Origin: Candidatus Poribacteria bacterium
GTDB taxonomy: Bacteria > Poribacteria > WGA-4E > PCPOR2b
Assembly (NCBI GenBank): GCA_965215015.1
Contig: OZ244042.1
Coordinates: 544,001-608,000 of the forward strand
Length of the DNA stretch: 64,000 nt
Reading direction: 5' to 3'
The notes under the pieces are model-generated. The model did no database searches. It was not told the origin of the DNA and saw only the letters and a program-made list of their open reading frames with translations. Positions within the stretch are counted from its first letter, which is position 1. The number at the start of each line of letters is the position of its first letter. Below are positions 1 to 9,747 of the stretch, in pieces. The position numbers were made by a program, and so were the translations under genes.

Positions 1-440
1 TTGATTTCATTGGCGTATAGACCTGTAACGTATGCTTTAGAGGGAGGGATAAGGGCAATCTGCTTTGGGGTGGTATCGGAGTCAATTGGGATGCTTCCGA
101 CATTTGAGCGGGTCAACAGATTGATAATTTCGACAGACCCACCGCGTGGATCAAAAAATGGGTCTGGGTATTGGTTGAGAACGTAGAGAAGATTCCCTTG
201 AACCTCTAGATCACTGGGTATGACCTCCCCAAGTGGAATGATCTCATTCTCAACCGCCCTCTTCAAGTTAGGCTCATCAAGATTGACAATTGAGAGCGAC
301 GGGGAAATGCCGGCTTCTGGTTTTCGCAAACCGTTGGCGACGATTGCTAGATTTTGTACACCTTTTTGAGCATAAACGCTCAAGGCAAGAAAAATGAAAA
401 TTGCGAGTACAGATGCGAATGTGAACCTGCGTATAAACAT
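1..440 (-). CDS. Secreted YncE/BtuG-like beta-propeller protein, probably cobalamin-binding (partial, runs off window start)
   Basis: Manually translated open frame from ATG at 440: MFIRRFTFASVLAIFIFLALSVYA-QKGV... (signal peptide), with propeller-blade motifs LYVLN, SVEIINL and KAYVTGLYANEI. Lies downstream of a cobalamin riboswitch. Not in the ORF track because there is no stop in the window. Confidence 0.7.
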   Translation of the reverse strand, partial: MFIRRFTFASVLAIFIFLALSVYAQKGVQNLAIVANGLRKPEAGISPSLSIVNLDEPNLKRAVENEIIPLGEVIPSDLEVQGNLLYVLNQYPDPFFDPRGGSVEIINLLTRSNVGSIPIDSDTTPKQIALIPPSKAYVTGLYANEI

Positions 441-448
441 AACTGAAC

Positions 449-640
449 TAGGACTTACGCACTTCGATTGTGAAAATCGTGTCCTATTTCATGCTGCCTA
501 TGACCTTGGCAGACGCCCCGTCCATGGAAATTCATTCGTGGATACAGGTTTACCAACTTGTGATCGCCGGTAGATTAGGAAACCCGCCACCACGAATGGG
601 ATGCCCCCAAGGTGCTGATTGCTCAACTGCGTAAGTCCTA
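449..640. mobile_element. MITE-like non-autonomous element, 192 bp
   Basis: Perfect 13-bp terminal inverted repeats TAGGACTTACGCA (449-461) and TGCGTAAGTCCTA (628-640), flanked by 5-bp direct repeat TGAAC (444-448, 641-645). No ORF. Confidence 0.85.
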
Positions 641-694
641 TGAACCTTCCTTTCATCAATAATATAGCGGTGTCAGCTGTAGGTTTTGCAGTTT

Positions 695-734
695 AAAAAC
701 AAAAAACCCCAGCTTTCACGTCGAAAGCTGGGGT
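695..734 (-). terminator. Intrinsic terminator (riboswitch expression platform)
   Basis: Minus strand ACCCCAGCTTTC-gacgt-GAAAGCTGGGGT followed by TTTTTGTTTTT. Upstream AGCTTTCGCG (about 817-826) could pair with the 3' arm as an antiterminator. Confidence 0.85.
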
Positions 735-839
735 GTGGTCCGCCATTTACATCTGTAATATGCAAGTATACTCAAGCATGATGAGTCGGCAAAGAACCCT
801 ATTTCACAGCCTTCCCGCGAAAGCTACCATGTAAAATCA

Positions 840-1013
840 GATTCAGGTAGGTCTCCTGACTCACGACAACACATTGTCCGCCTTCCCATCCTGACTTGGG
901 ACAGTGGCTTTCTGGACACGGTTCAAGGTCGTTTACAGTGGCGGGGCCGTGGCGGATTCTCACCGCGCTTCCCTGTTCTCTGGCAATTTTCATCAATTGT
1001 CAGCACCTGAATC
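840..1013 (-). ncRNA. Cobalamin (AdoCbl) riboswitch
   Basis: Minus strand carries the consensus blocks AGGGAA..CGGTGAGAATCCG..CGGCCCCGCCACTGTAA..GCCACTG..GGGAAGG..B12 box AGTCAGGAGACCT, with P1 GATTCAGGT/ACCTGAATC. Confidence 0.95.
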
Positions 1014-1065
1014 AACAAATATGCAATTTTGAAATGTTTCTTCGCTTCTGTTTGAAGCGTCGCCA

Positions 1066-1094
1066 ATTATAACAGATTGTCGAAAAATTGTCAA
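1066..1094 (-). promoter_or_regulatory. Sigma70 promoter for the riboswitch leader
   Basis: TTGACA-17 nt-TATAAT with extended -10 TG, perfect consensus. Confidence 0.85.
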
Positions 1095-1182
1095 AAGAAT
1101 TTATGAAGAGCTAGAAAAGGGGGAAGTAAAAAAGTTGTGGAGAGACTGGTGAGGTGGACGAAAAAAGACTGAGAAAAGCGTG

Positions 1183-2370
1183 CTATTTCCTGTTCCCTAG
1201 TACGACTTCGCGCAGAAGGAATTGTCCATCTCGGTAAATTTTAACCGTAACGCGGGTATCGGGTGGAGAGCTTGCGACCCGTTTTTTGAGTTCAAGGAAT
1301 GTGCGGACAGGTTTCCCCTTAAATTCAACGATAACGTCTTGATTTTTAAGACCGGACTTGTGAGCGGGGCTACCCTTTGAAACTTCTGTGACACAGACAC
1401 CAACAGCAGTGGTTCGTTCGCTTTCTTGTTCAAGTCGAACCCCAAGCCAACCGCGAGGAACTTTACCGTATTGAGTCAGTTGTTTGGCGATATGTTTCAC
1501 TGTGTTAATCGGAATAGCAAAACCAACCTCGCTTCTCGTCCAGATTTGTCCGAAGGGTGTTCCGACGTTTAGCATGGTGGCTTGTCTCTGGGGTAATTCT
1601 AGAGTGGGGGCATTGAGCCAATGTGATATCTGTTTGAGATAGGGATCTTCCAGCTTCGCCGCGATGACGCCAACAATTTCTCCCGACATATTAATAACGG
1701 CACCCCCACTATTACCCGGATTCACAGAGGCGTTGATCTTAATTGCATCATAAAACGGTCGGTCGGGTAAAATTTCTAAGCCGCTGACCGTTCCAAAGGA
1801 GAGTGTTGGAGACCGTCCATAAGAGCAGCCGACTGTGATAACCCACGACCCCGTATCGATCTGATCGGAATCCCCAATTTTCGTCTGGGGAAGGTTATCA
1901 TTCTCAACAGAGAGGACAGCGATATCTGTTAGGGCATCTACGCCAAGCAGTGTTGCGGCTGCGCGCCCTTCATTTGCAAATACGACTTCAATTCCATCCG
2001 CATTTTCAACGACCCCCGCGGTGGTTACAATGTGTCCGGCTGAATCAATGATAATGCCGGATCCAATGTTCTCGTAACAGAAGACAGCTGTTGGATCGTC
2101 AGCTAGCAACTCCCTCTGTCTTCCCGAAATTTTTTGGGCGGTGACTGTGCACGTCGCCACAACCTCAACGACAGACGGTTCCACAGAGTTTACTATCGCT
2201 TGAAACTCTCGTTCCATGGACTGCAGCACACTTTCTTCAGCAATCGCATTGCAAAGGCAAGCCGAAAACAACGCAATAGCAAGGACGAATGACTTATGAT
2301 ACAGGTGAATGGAGAAACCGTTGACAGATCCCTTGCATCTGTTCTTCTGTATCTGAATTGTTTTGTTCAT
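1183..2370 (-). CDS. HtrA/DegP-family trypsin-like protease with one PDZ domain (catalytic His apparently absent)
   Basis: GSGIII, TDIAVL, INASVNPGNSGG, GFAIP, RGWLGV and C-terminal PDZ (GSPAHKSGL). Confidence 0.9.
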   Translation of the reverse strand: MNKTIQIQKNRCKGSVNGFSIHLYHKSFVLAIALFSACLCNAIAEESVLQSMEREFQAIVNSVEPSVVEVVATCTVTAQKISGRQRELLADDPTAVFCYENIGSGIIIDSAGHIVTTAGVVENADGIEVVFANEGRAAATLLGVDALTDIAVLSVENDNLPQTKIGDSDQIDTGSWVITVGCSYGRSPTLSFGTVSGLEILPDRPFYDAIKINASVNPGNSGGAVINMSGEIVGVIAAKLEDPYLKQISHWLNAPTLELPQRQATMLNVGTPFGQIWTRSEVGFAIPINTVKHIAKQLTQYGKVPRGWLGVRLEQESERTTAVGVCVTEVSKGSPAHKSGLKNQDVIVEFKGKPVRTFLELKKRVASSPPDTRVTVKIYRDGQFLLREVVLGNRK

Positions 2371-3014
2371 TACAAGCCTCCACCTGTAGGGGCTTCTGTG
2401 TAGTTAATGATCTGCAAAATATAGTTCTGTTCTAGCCGCTGCGGCTGTTGGCTGCTACGCACAGGTTGTAGGTTAAACGCCGGGAATTGTGGTTGCTGGC
2501 TGGTAGGCACAGGTTGTAGATTAAGCACTGAGGGTTCTGGAAAATTGACTAGGGATTGCGGCTCTTGACTAGGCATGGCTAAAGGAAATTGCTGCCTCCG
2601 CGACTCAACCCCGCGTCCTTCTAAGGTCTCTGGTGCTGTAACGATTTCAACCGGCTGGGGTTTAATCAGTGTTTTTTGATAAAAATAAAAACCCGCGCCT
2701 ATCACTAGCAGCACCGCAATTCCATTCAATACCAAACGAGTTTGACCATGCCAGGGCTGCAACACGCGTCGCCAAAACGGAATTGATTCAACTTGGGTAT
2801 CCGCAAGACGGACTTGCAAGGCAGCATTGAATCCGGTTGATGGTTCAATCTGCGGTAACTGATGTAGCAGATTGAGGGGCTTGCGGAATAGCGTAAACTC
2901 GCGATGGCACGACTTGCAGGTGTTCAGATGGGTTTCAAATGCCCTGACTGTCTGATAGTCTAATTCATCTTCCAGATACGCAGAAAACTGTTCTTCAGCT
3001 TTTAAGCAGTTCAT
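2370..3014 (-). CDS. Zinc-finger (zf-HC2/ZAS) transmembrane anti-sigma factor
   Basis: MNC...SAYLEDEL...HLNTCKSC (HxxxCxxC), one TM helix, overlaps the ECF stop codon. Confidence 0.85.
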   Translation of the reverse strand: MNCLKAEEQFSAYLEDELDYQTVRAFETHLNTCKSCHREFTLFRKPLNLLHQLPQIEPSTGFNAALQVRLADTQVESIPFWRRVLQPWHGQTRLVLNGIAVLLVIGAGFYFYQKTLIKPQPVEIVTAPETLEGRGVESRRQQFPLAMPSQEPQSLVNFPEPSVLNLQPVPTSQQPQFPAFNLQPVRSSQQPQRLEQNYILQIINYTEAPTGGGL

Positions 3015-3616
3015 GATGACTCCACAAAACTTCTTAATTTGTCTTTTAACATAAGTCGTGCGCGGTTGATGCGCGATTTTGTCGTTCCGAGCGGGAGAGT
3101 CAACGTTTCGCTGATTTCTTCATAGCTCAACTCTTGCAGGTCCCGGAGAATTAATGGCAACCGATACCGTTCGGGGAGTTCCGAAATCGCGCTTTGCACA
3201 GCGTGTTCACGTTCTTTTTGTTCAAGTTGGTTTCCGGGTTGGAGGGAGACATCTGCGGGGGCGGTCACAATCAGATCCTCTTCAGTCGGTTCTGGACCCA
3301 AGGAGGGTTCGGTGGTCACACTATCAACGAAGAATCGGCCACGCCGCCCCCGATTTCGTAGTTCATTCTTGCAAAGATTGGAGGCAATGTGATACATCCA
3401 AGTGCTGAACTTTGCCGCCCCGGATTTGTATCGTTTGATTGCTTTGAACATACGAACAAACGTCTCCTGTGCCAAGTCCTCAGCGGCGTCCGGATTGCCT
3501 AAGAACCGAGCGATGAAATTCACCAGAGGGACCTGATTTCGACGCACGATCAGATCAAACGCCTCCATATCCCCTTGTTGACATTGTTTCATCAATTCAT
3601 CGTCCAGATCTGGCAT
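3011..3616 (-). CDS. ECF RNA polymerase sigma factor (RpoE/SigW-like)
   Basis: AEDLAQETF, FSTWMYHIASN, LSYEEIS...GTTKSRINRAR. Confidence 0.95.
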   Translation of the reverse strand: MPDLDDELMKQCQQGDMEAFDLIVRRNQVPLVNFIARFLGNPDAAEDLAQETFVRMFKAIKRYKSGAAKFSTWMYHIASNLCKNELRNRGRRGRFFVDSVTTEPSLGPEPTEEDLIVTAPADVSLQPGNQLEQKEREHAVQSAISELPERYRLPLILRDLQELSYEEISETLTLPLGTTKSRINRARLMLKDKLRSFVESS

Positions 3617-3918
3617 AACGGGTCCTCCGCGGGTGCTTGATTAGAAACACACCAGTCGATCCAGGAAGTTGCAACCTTTGTCTAAAAATTTGACGGATTT
3701 CTTATTGATTCCTGTAGAAATTTCCTACGCTCCTATCAAATTCATAGATAAGGAGTGTCTAAAAGGAAATTTTTGTTGACTCAAGGTCAAAAAAACTGTA
3801 AAATGAGTCTTGTTGACAGGTGTTGTAGCGAAATAGGTAAACCGGTACGAGTTCCCATCTATATCGAAGCAACCCGCGGGATAGATTCGCATCAAATGAT
3901 TATAGCAAGGAGAGTACA

Positions 3919-4938
3919 ATGCAATCAACAAGAATTTTGAACCTAATGCTAATTTTAACCATGTTTGGGCTGTTGGTACTCCCCCACGCTTATGGCGGTG
4001 GGAAGTGGACAGTCCTACGGAATGATGACTTTATACGTGATGATGGTGTATGGGGACATCTTCAGGATGTGGAGTTTATCGATGGGATGAACGGTTGGGC
4101 TGTAGGATCTGATGGACTGATTTTACAGACAACTGATGGTGGAAAGACATGGGCACCGACAATAGTTGAGATGGAACGCCAAGTTTATTTTTGGAATGTT
4201 TATTTCCGGGACGCAAGTGTCGGTTTTATCACAGGAACGAGGGGGACTATCTTCAAGACAACCGATGGTGGTCAAACTTGGGAGCCTAAAGTAGCAATCA
4301 ATGAAAGCCGCCTGGATCGAGAGGGAAATCCCGCAGTCCTTGGTCGCCGCTTAATAGATACGTGGATGGTGGATGAACAGACTGGATTTATGGTTGGAGA
4401 AAACGACACCTTTATTAAAACCACCGATGGCGGTGAAAGTTGGGTTGGCACAGGCAAGCGCGTGGCTGTTGGAAATACGCGCAATAACTTTGAACGTATC
4501 CATTTTGCCTCGCCCACACTCGGTTGGATAGTCGGTTCTTTTGGAACGATCTTGAGGACCACCGATGGCGGTGAAACGTGGGAAAACCAGGACGCTGGCG
4601 TTGACAATAATCTGAAAGGGGTCAATTTTGTCGATGAAAACACCGGCTGGATTGCGGGCCAGGAAGGTGTAATCCTCCACACCCAAGATGGGGGAGTCAC
4701 ATGGACAAAGCAGGAGACAAAGTCTTACGATAGCTTATATGATATCGCCTTCGTTGATCCACAAACAGGCTGGGCTGTCGGCGATTTTGGAACCATCTTG
4801 CACACCACCGATGGCGGACAAACATGGATACGTGAAGAAACCGGAAACTCCACACCACTGTACGCCATCCACGCAATAGATAAAGCGCACCGATGGGGTG
4901 TTGGCGAGAACGGATTAATCATAGGAGTTGGGCAATAA
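3919..4938 (+). CDS. Ycf48/BNR-repeat secreted beta-propeller protein
   Basis: Signal peptide and six repeats of GW.VG..G.IL.T.DGG.TW. Confidence 0.85.
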   Translation: MQSTRILNLMLILTMFGLLVLPHAYGGGKWTVLRNDDFIRDDGVWGHLQDVEFIDGMNGWAVGSDGLILQTTDGGKTWAPTIVEMERQVYFWNVYFRDASVGFITGTRGTIFKTTDGGQTWEPKVAINESRLDREGNPAVLGRRLIDTWMVDEQTGFMVGENDTFIKTTDGGESWVGTGKRVAVGNTRNNFERIHFASPTLGWIVGSFGTILRTTDGGETWENQDAGVDNNLKGVNFVDENTGWIAGQEGVILHTQDGGVTWTKQETKSYDSLYDIAFVDPQTGWAVGDFGTILHTTDGGQTWIREETGNSTPLYAIHAIDKAHRWGVGENGLIIGVGQ

Positions 4939-4985
4939 TGTCCTTGCTGGAAGCCAATGACTCCATTTTCAGGTTGAGGTGCTGA

Positions 4986-6389
4986 ATGGCAGACCTCAAG
5001 AACAAGAACATTGACGAACATTTCGTCCAGACCGTGTGGAATGAGCAGCGGTTCTCCGATTTTGATTTCAAATCCACAGATGGGCGTTCAATTCAGGTGA
5101 TCAAGCCGGGCTTCTGGAATAGCGATGAAGGACCGGACTTTGTGCAGGCGGAGCTTTTGATTGGTGGGGCCCTATATGCCGGTGATGTAGAAATCCATAT
5201 CAATTCGTCCGGTTGGTATAATCACAAGCACCATCTCGATCCAAGGTACAATCGTGTCATCTTGCATGTCGTTTACTTAAACGATGACATCAACCTCCGG
5301 ACGCGGCTTCAGAACGGGAAGCGGATTCCAACGCTCGAAATCTTGAACCGACTTGATGCACCGATCGGCGATCTTTTTGACGAGAGAAGGGAAAGTCAGG
5401 AAATATCTGCCAACGACTGCCGGGTAACGGGCAAGACGCTCAAAATTGAGTGTGTCCAATCGGTCTTTGAGGACCTGGGGCAGGAACGCTTGATGGAAAA
5501 AGCCGATGGGATGCGAAATCTGTTGATTCGAGTTGATTTTGAACAGCTGTTATACGAAGGCATCATGGAGGCTCTGGGCTATGCAAGGAACCGCAAGCCC
5601 TTCCGGGAATTGGCACAACGGGTGCCTCTGTCAGAACTGCTTGGCAAATCCGATGAATTAATTCAGGCCATCCTGTTTGGTGTGGCAGGGTTGCTGCCCT
5701 CGCAGTCCCAGCAGAAAACCGAATGGGACGAAGGGGGTAGGAAGTTCATCGAACGGTTGGAGTCAAGTTGGGAATCCGCTGAACAGTACAAGCACCCTGC
5801 ACGTATGACAGCAGAACAGTGGCATTTTGCCAAGATGCGTCCAGCCAATTACCCCTCTCGCCGCATCCCTGCCATCGCCCAAATTATCAGTCGCTGTCAA
5901 GATACCCTGATGATGGATTTCCTGCCGTTAATTGAGGATGCAGCAACAGCAAATCAGAGGGCTTTGGCACGTATTCGGCACCGATTGCAAGAGAGGTTGA
6001 CCCTTGCTCCCTCCGGTTACTGGGAAGCCCATTCCCATTTCGGCAAAGGCATCCCGCAGCGCGGTGCTGCGCTCATTGGCACTGCTCGTGCCTCCGACAT
6101 TATTGTCAACACCTTGTTGCCAATTACGTTAGTATGGGCTGAACAGTCCCAAAGTCCAAAGCTGACAGAAGCGGTGCAGCGATTGTACGATAGCTATCCA
6201 AAACTACAGGAAAATCATACTACTCAACAGATTGAGACACAAATTTTCAGCCAAGAGCAACCAATTAAACTCATCTCCCCTTCTGCCAAGAAACAGCAGG
6301 GCGCAATTTATCTCCACAGAAATTTCTGTAGCAGCCGTCTCTGCGATTGCTGTCCTGTCATTGAGGGAAATGGAATCATTAAAAACTAA
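4986..6389 (+). CDS. DUF2851 family protein
   Basis: PGFWN..EGPDF, GDVEIH, W..H.HH.DPRYN.VILHVV, RPANYP.RRI and C-terminal C-x4-C-x2-C. Confidence 0.85.
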   Translation: MADLKNKNIDEHFVQTVWNEQRFSDFDFKSTDGRSIQVIKPGFWNSDEGPDFVQAELLIGGALYAGDVEIHINSSGWYNHKHHLDPRYNRVILHVVYLNDDINLRTRLQNGKRIPTLEILNRLDAPIGDLFDERRESQEISANDCRVTGKTLKIECVQSVFEDLGQERLMEKADGMRNLLIRVDFEQLLYEGIMEALGYARNRKPFRELAQRVPLSELLGKSDELIQAILFGVAGLLPSQSQQKTEWDEGGRKFIERLESSWESAEQYKHPARMTAEQWHFAKMRPANYPSRRIPAIAQIISRCQDTLMMDFLPLIEDAATANQRALARIRHRLQERLTLAPSGYWEAHSHFGKGIPQRGAALIGTARASDIIVNTLLPITLVWAEQSQSPKLTEAVQRLYDSYPKLQENHTTQQIETQIFSQEQPIKLISPSAKKQQGAIYLHRNFCSSRLCDCCPVIEGNGIIKN

Positions 6390-6481
6390 TGGCTCATGTT
6401 AAGAAATCGTGCAGCAGAAACCGAGCTTTCGGCAAAAACCATGAGTCAAACTAATATATCAGTATTTAGAGGAGGTTACGT

Positions 6482-6931
6482 ATGAAGTTGGGGTTTCTCT
6501 CAAAAATTTTTGAAGGTGCCCTCAGTATTGAAAGGACCTACAACGATTGTGATAAGGCACTAAATAGATTAGGAGCGTATAATGAACGGATTGAGGAAAT
6601 GCACAAGAGAGGTGAAGATGTAAGTCGGTTTCCCACCGAAGAGAAAGCAGAACTTGATGAAATCGTGAATAACGCGATCCAAGGGGCAACGCGGCTAATC
6701 AATCTGGAGTCGACGCGCAATTGGCCTGGTGTTTTCAGGGAGATGCACAAAAACCTAGCAAATATCTACTACGAGCTGCACGACTATGATAGAGTCCATG
6801 AAGAGTGTAATAAGCTAAAGGCGGACTACGGCGAAATCGGGCGTCAGGACGCGGAAGAAATCTTGGAGAAACTCGAGGATAAAGAAAACAGTAAAACCGA
6901 TTCCACTGAAGAGGCAGCTGCAACAATGTAA
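6482..6931 (+). CDS. Hypothetical alpha-helical (TPR-like) protein
   Basis: Strong RBS GGAGG, 149 aa, tightly coupled to the next gene. Confidence 0.7.
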   Translation: MKLGFLSKIFEGALSIERTYNDCDKALNRLGAYNERIEEMHKRGEDVSRFPTEEKAELDEIVNNAIQGATRLINLESTRNWPGVFREMHKNLANIYYELHDYDRVHEECNKLKADYGEIGRQDAEEILEKLEDKENSKTDSTEEAAATM

Positions 6932-6933
6932 CA

Positions 6934-8847
6934 ATGCACTTCCTGAATCCTTCCGCCTTTTATCTTTTAGCACTCATTCCAATTGTGGTACTGTTGCATT
7001 TCCTCAAATTGCGTCGCCAACGCCATGTTGTTTCTAGCATAATGCTCTGGCTTGAAGCCGTTGAGGATATGAAAGCTAACGTTCCCTTCCAACGCCTGCA
7101 AAATTCACTTTTGCTCCCACTTCAAATCCTGTTTTTGTTAATTCTGGTTGGTGGCGTTGCCCGTCCAGCATTGCGTCAACTAGGCGGCTTGAGTGAGCAG
7201 TCGATCATCATTATCGATACGTCAGCGAGTATGGAGGCAACCGATATAGGAAGAACCCGTCTTGATGCAGCAAAAGCGGAGGCGTTAAAACTGATTAATC
7301 AGCTTGGGGCAAATGGGCAGATGATGATTATGGATACATCCCGCCCCCCGTATAATATCCGTCAGGCATTTACATCGGATAAGGAAAAACTGCGTCAGGC
7401 TATTGAGAATCTATCTGTCAAGCATACAGAGCCGGTGCTCAAAGCAGTATTTGACTCTGTAGCTGTTTACGCTGGTCTACCGGGAGCGCAGATGGCTCTG
7501 AGCCCCGATGCAGTGGGGATCGTCTTTATCAGCGACAATTTTCGGATGCTCCCCGATGCTGCAAATATTACTCAACTTCAAAAAATCGGTTTAGGAGGCC
7601 GAAGCGAGAATATTGCAATTGTTCAGTTTAGCGTCACCCGTGCGCTAACTCCACCGAATCGCTACCAAGTGCTTGTTGGCGTACAGAGTTTTGCAGACAC
7701 CTCTAAAGAATTTCAGGTACAATTGGGAATTGAAGGGAAGCCATTCTTTGAAGACAAAAGCGTGGTTCTACCACCGAGAGAAATAACGTCAATTCTATTC
7801 TCTCTCGATGATGACGACAGGTTTTATGGACAAGTCGTCACGGCCCGCCTTGATATTAATGATGATTTCTCTGTTGATAACGTTGTTGCGGCGATTTTAC
7901 ACCCACCGCCGAGATGGAAGGTTTTACTCGTCAGCGATCGAAATCAACCACCGTTGACTGCAATTCTCAAAACGGATTCGCATGTCAGTCTTAATCAAAT
8001 CCAAACCTTGGATTATCACGGTCCGGGGGATAACGATATCCTTATTTTTGATCGGTTTGTCCCAGACCCGCTCCCCGAAGGAAATATCGTTTTCCTAAAT
8101 CCGATTGGCGGACTTCCATTTATGCCCGCCCAAGAAAACAGGCAATTAACTCAAGTCATCGGTCAGCACCCCACGCACGAGGTAATGCGTGATGTGTCGC
8201 TGATCGATTTGGAGGTCAAAGCGTCGCTGCAAGCCCAATTGCCACTGTGGGGTATTCCGCTTGTTGAAACAAACCAGACGCCGCTCATTTGGCTCGGAGA
8301 ACAGGACAACCAAAAAGTGATTGTTTTTGGGTTTGATCCGTTCGATCTCAATGTTTCAAATTTTGCAACATCTATACCTTCAGCTCCTATTCTAATGTCC
8401 CAGTGTTTGGAGTGGTTAGGATTAGGGACCTCCCCGATCCAACCGGACCTTGTTAGGACAGGCGAGTCTGTAAAGATCCGCCTTGAGCACCCCAGCGAAG
8501 TTGAGCGGATAACTGTTCAAACGCCCGATGACGCTGTGCAAGAACTACAAGCGCGGGGTGCACGAATCGTTTTTACAGATACAACGCAGATAGGTGTTTA
8601 CACTGTATTCGTTGATGGCGAATCGCTCGGTGGATTTGTAGCCAACCTACTCAACCCACAGGAATCTGACCTTTCACCGCCCCAATTAGCGAACGACCTC
8701 AATGCGGGTGTAGACACTAGACGGGTACAATCCGATTTGCCAGAGGTGAATAGAGAGGTATGGGTGTACGCAGCCTTTCTCGCACTATTGCTGCTTCTTG
8801 CGGAATGGTGGGTCTACCATCAGAATCGCCGTTTTAGACAACCGTGA
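6934..8847 (+). CDS. BatA-domain / von Willebrand factor A membrane protein
   Basis: MHFLNP...LLHFL BatA N-terminus, MIDAS motif DTSASM, TRLD.AK and C-terminal LLLLAEWW. Confidence 0.9.
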   Translation: MHFLNPSAFYLLALIPIVVLLHFLKLRRQRHVVSSIMLWLEAVEDMKANVPFQRLQNSLLLPLQILFLLILVGGVARPALRQLGGLSEQSIIIIDTSASMEATDIGRTRLDAAKAEALKLINQLGANGQMMIMDTSRPPYNIRQAFTSDKEKLRQAIENLSVKHTEPVLKAVFDSVAVYAGLPGAQMALSPDAVGIVFISDNFRMLPDAANITQLQKIGLGGRSENIAIVQFSVTRALTPPNRYQVLVGVQSFADTSKEFQVQLGIEGKPFFEDKSVVLPPREITSILFSLDDDDRFYGQVVTARLDINDDFSVDNVVAAILHPPPRWKVLLVSDRNQPPLTAILKTDSHVSLNQIQTLDYHGPGDNDILIFDRFVPDPLPEGNIVFLNPIGGLPFMPAQENRQLTQVIGQHPTHEVMRDVSLIDLEVKASLQAQLPLWGIPLVETNQTPLIWLGEQDNQKVIVFGFDPFDLNVSNFATSIPSAPILMSQCLEWLGLGTSPIQPDLVRTGESVKIRLEHPSEVERITVQTPDDAVQELQARGARIVFTDTTQIGVYTVFVDGESLGGFVANLLNPQESDLSPPQLANDLNAGVDTRRVQSDLPEVNREVWVYAAFLALLLLLAEWWVYHQNRRFRQP

Positions 8848-8859
8848 TGAACGGTGACA

Positions 8860-9648
8860 TCAACGATGTGAGTTCACAGGCTCTACATCGGCGTAGATAT
8901 AGATCGGGGATGGATTTTTCACATGAATGTTGTCACTGCTGTCGTCATCGGCGGAAACAATGCCCCTTTGGACTATCCGGCCGGGTTGTGCGTGTAGGGG
9001 CGATGTGAACATTGGACCGTCAGTGACGCATGTGTGAAACTCGCCGTTTTCGCCTAGTGGGTCTACCTCTGTGGGGAGGTCGGCGAGGAATTTGCGATCG
9101 AACCATCTACCTGCAAATTCAGCCGGCAACTTGGTGGGGTTGAGGGCAGTAACTATGGCACGCACGCCGGAGGCGATCATCTTCTGAGCGAGTGTGGGAG
9201 TGTCTTGTCCCCATATTGGAAAGAGTGGCGTAAAACCGGTTCCGCTGAGTTTATCTTCACGATAGCGGCGGATGTCCTCTAGGAATAGATCTCCAAACGC
9301 GACATGCGACGCCATCAAATGTTCGGGCAATGCCCGCACGCGATCCAGAAACTGTCGCATGGCGGCTTCGTATTGGGCGTTGGAACAGGGGTACGGTATC
9401 GGTATCTCGTATAATGGCACACTAAGTCTTTCGGATTGCAGCTTCAGAATCCAAGAGGGTGTGGAGTGGATAGAAACGCGGTCAAAGGTTTTGGTTACGG
9501 TCGTGAAAATGCCGCGTACATCGTAGCGTTCAGGCTGTTGGCGCAGGGTATGAAATGTCCAAGCAGAATCCTTACCTGAAGACCAAGAGACTAGAACAGG
9601 AGTGCGAGGGATAGGGTCAACCGTAGCGTGTGTCGTTTGTTTCGTCAT
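8860..9648 (-). CDS. Diphthine-ammonia ligase-like PP-loop ATPase (DUF71 / adenine nucleotide alpha-hydrolase)
   Basis: SWSSGKDS, FGDLFLEDIRRYRE, DPLGENGEFHT. Start taken at MTKQ. Confidence 0.85.
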   Translation of the reverse strand: MTKQTTHATVDPIPRTPVLVSWSSGKDSAWTFHTLRQQPERYDVRGIFTTVTKTFDRVSIHSTPSWILKLQSERLSVPLYEIPIPYPCSNAQYEAAMRQFLDRVRALPEHLMASHVAFGDLFLEDIRRYREDKLSGTGFTPLFPIWGQDTPTLAQKMIASGVRAIVTALNPTKLPAEFAGRWFDRKFLADLPTEVDPLGENGEFHTCVTDGPMFTSPLHAQPGRIVQRGIVSADDDSSDNIHVKNPSPIYIYADVEPVNSHR

Positions 9649-9703
9649 GATGAAAGAATTGTAACTTAAATAATAGTAGGCGTGCAACGTAAAACTTTCA
9701 ATT

Positions 9704-9731
9704 GTATGGAACAACAATCGTTGTTCCATAC
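9704..9731. repeat. Perfect palindrome (REP-like) between divergent genes
   Basis: GTATGGAACAAC-aatc-GTTGTTCCATAC, 12-bp arms. Confidence 0.8.
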
Positions 9732-9747
9732 CGAGGGTTTTCCTCCT

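Noticed and set aside
799-996. 65-aa ORF on the minus strand
   Set aside because: Lies entirely over the cobalamin riboswitch and has no protein features.
3640-3675. ECF-type promoter upstream of the first sigma gene (GCAAC...GTTTCTAA)
   Set aside because: Spacing is longer than typical ECF promoters; plausible but too weak to list as a feature.
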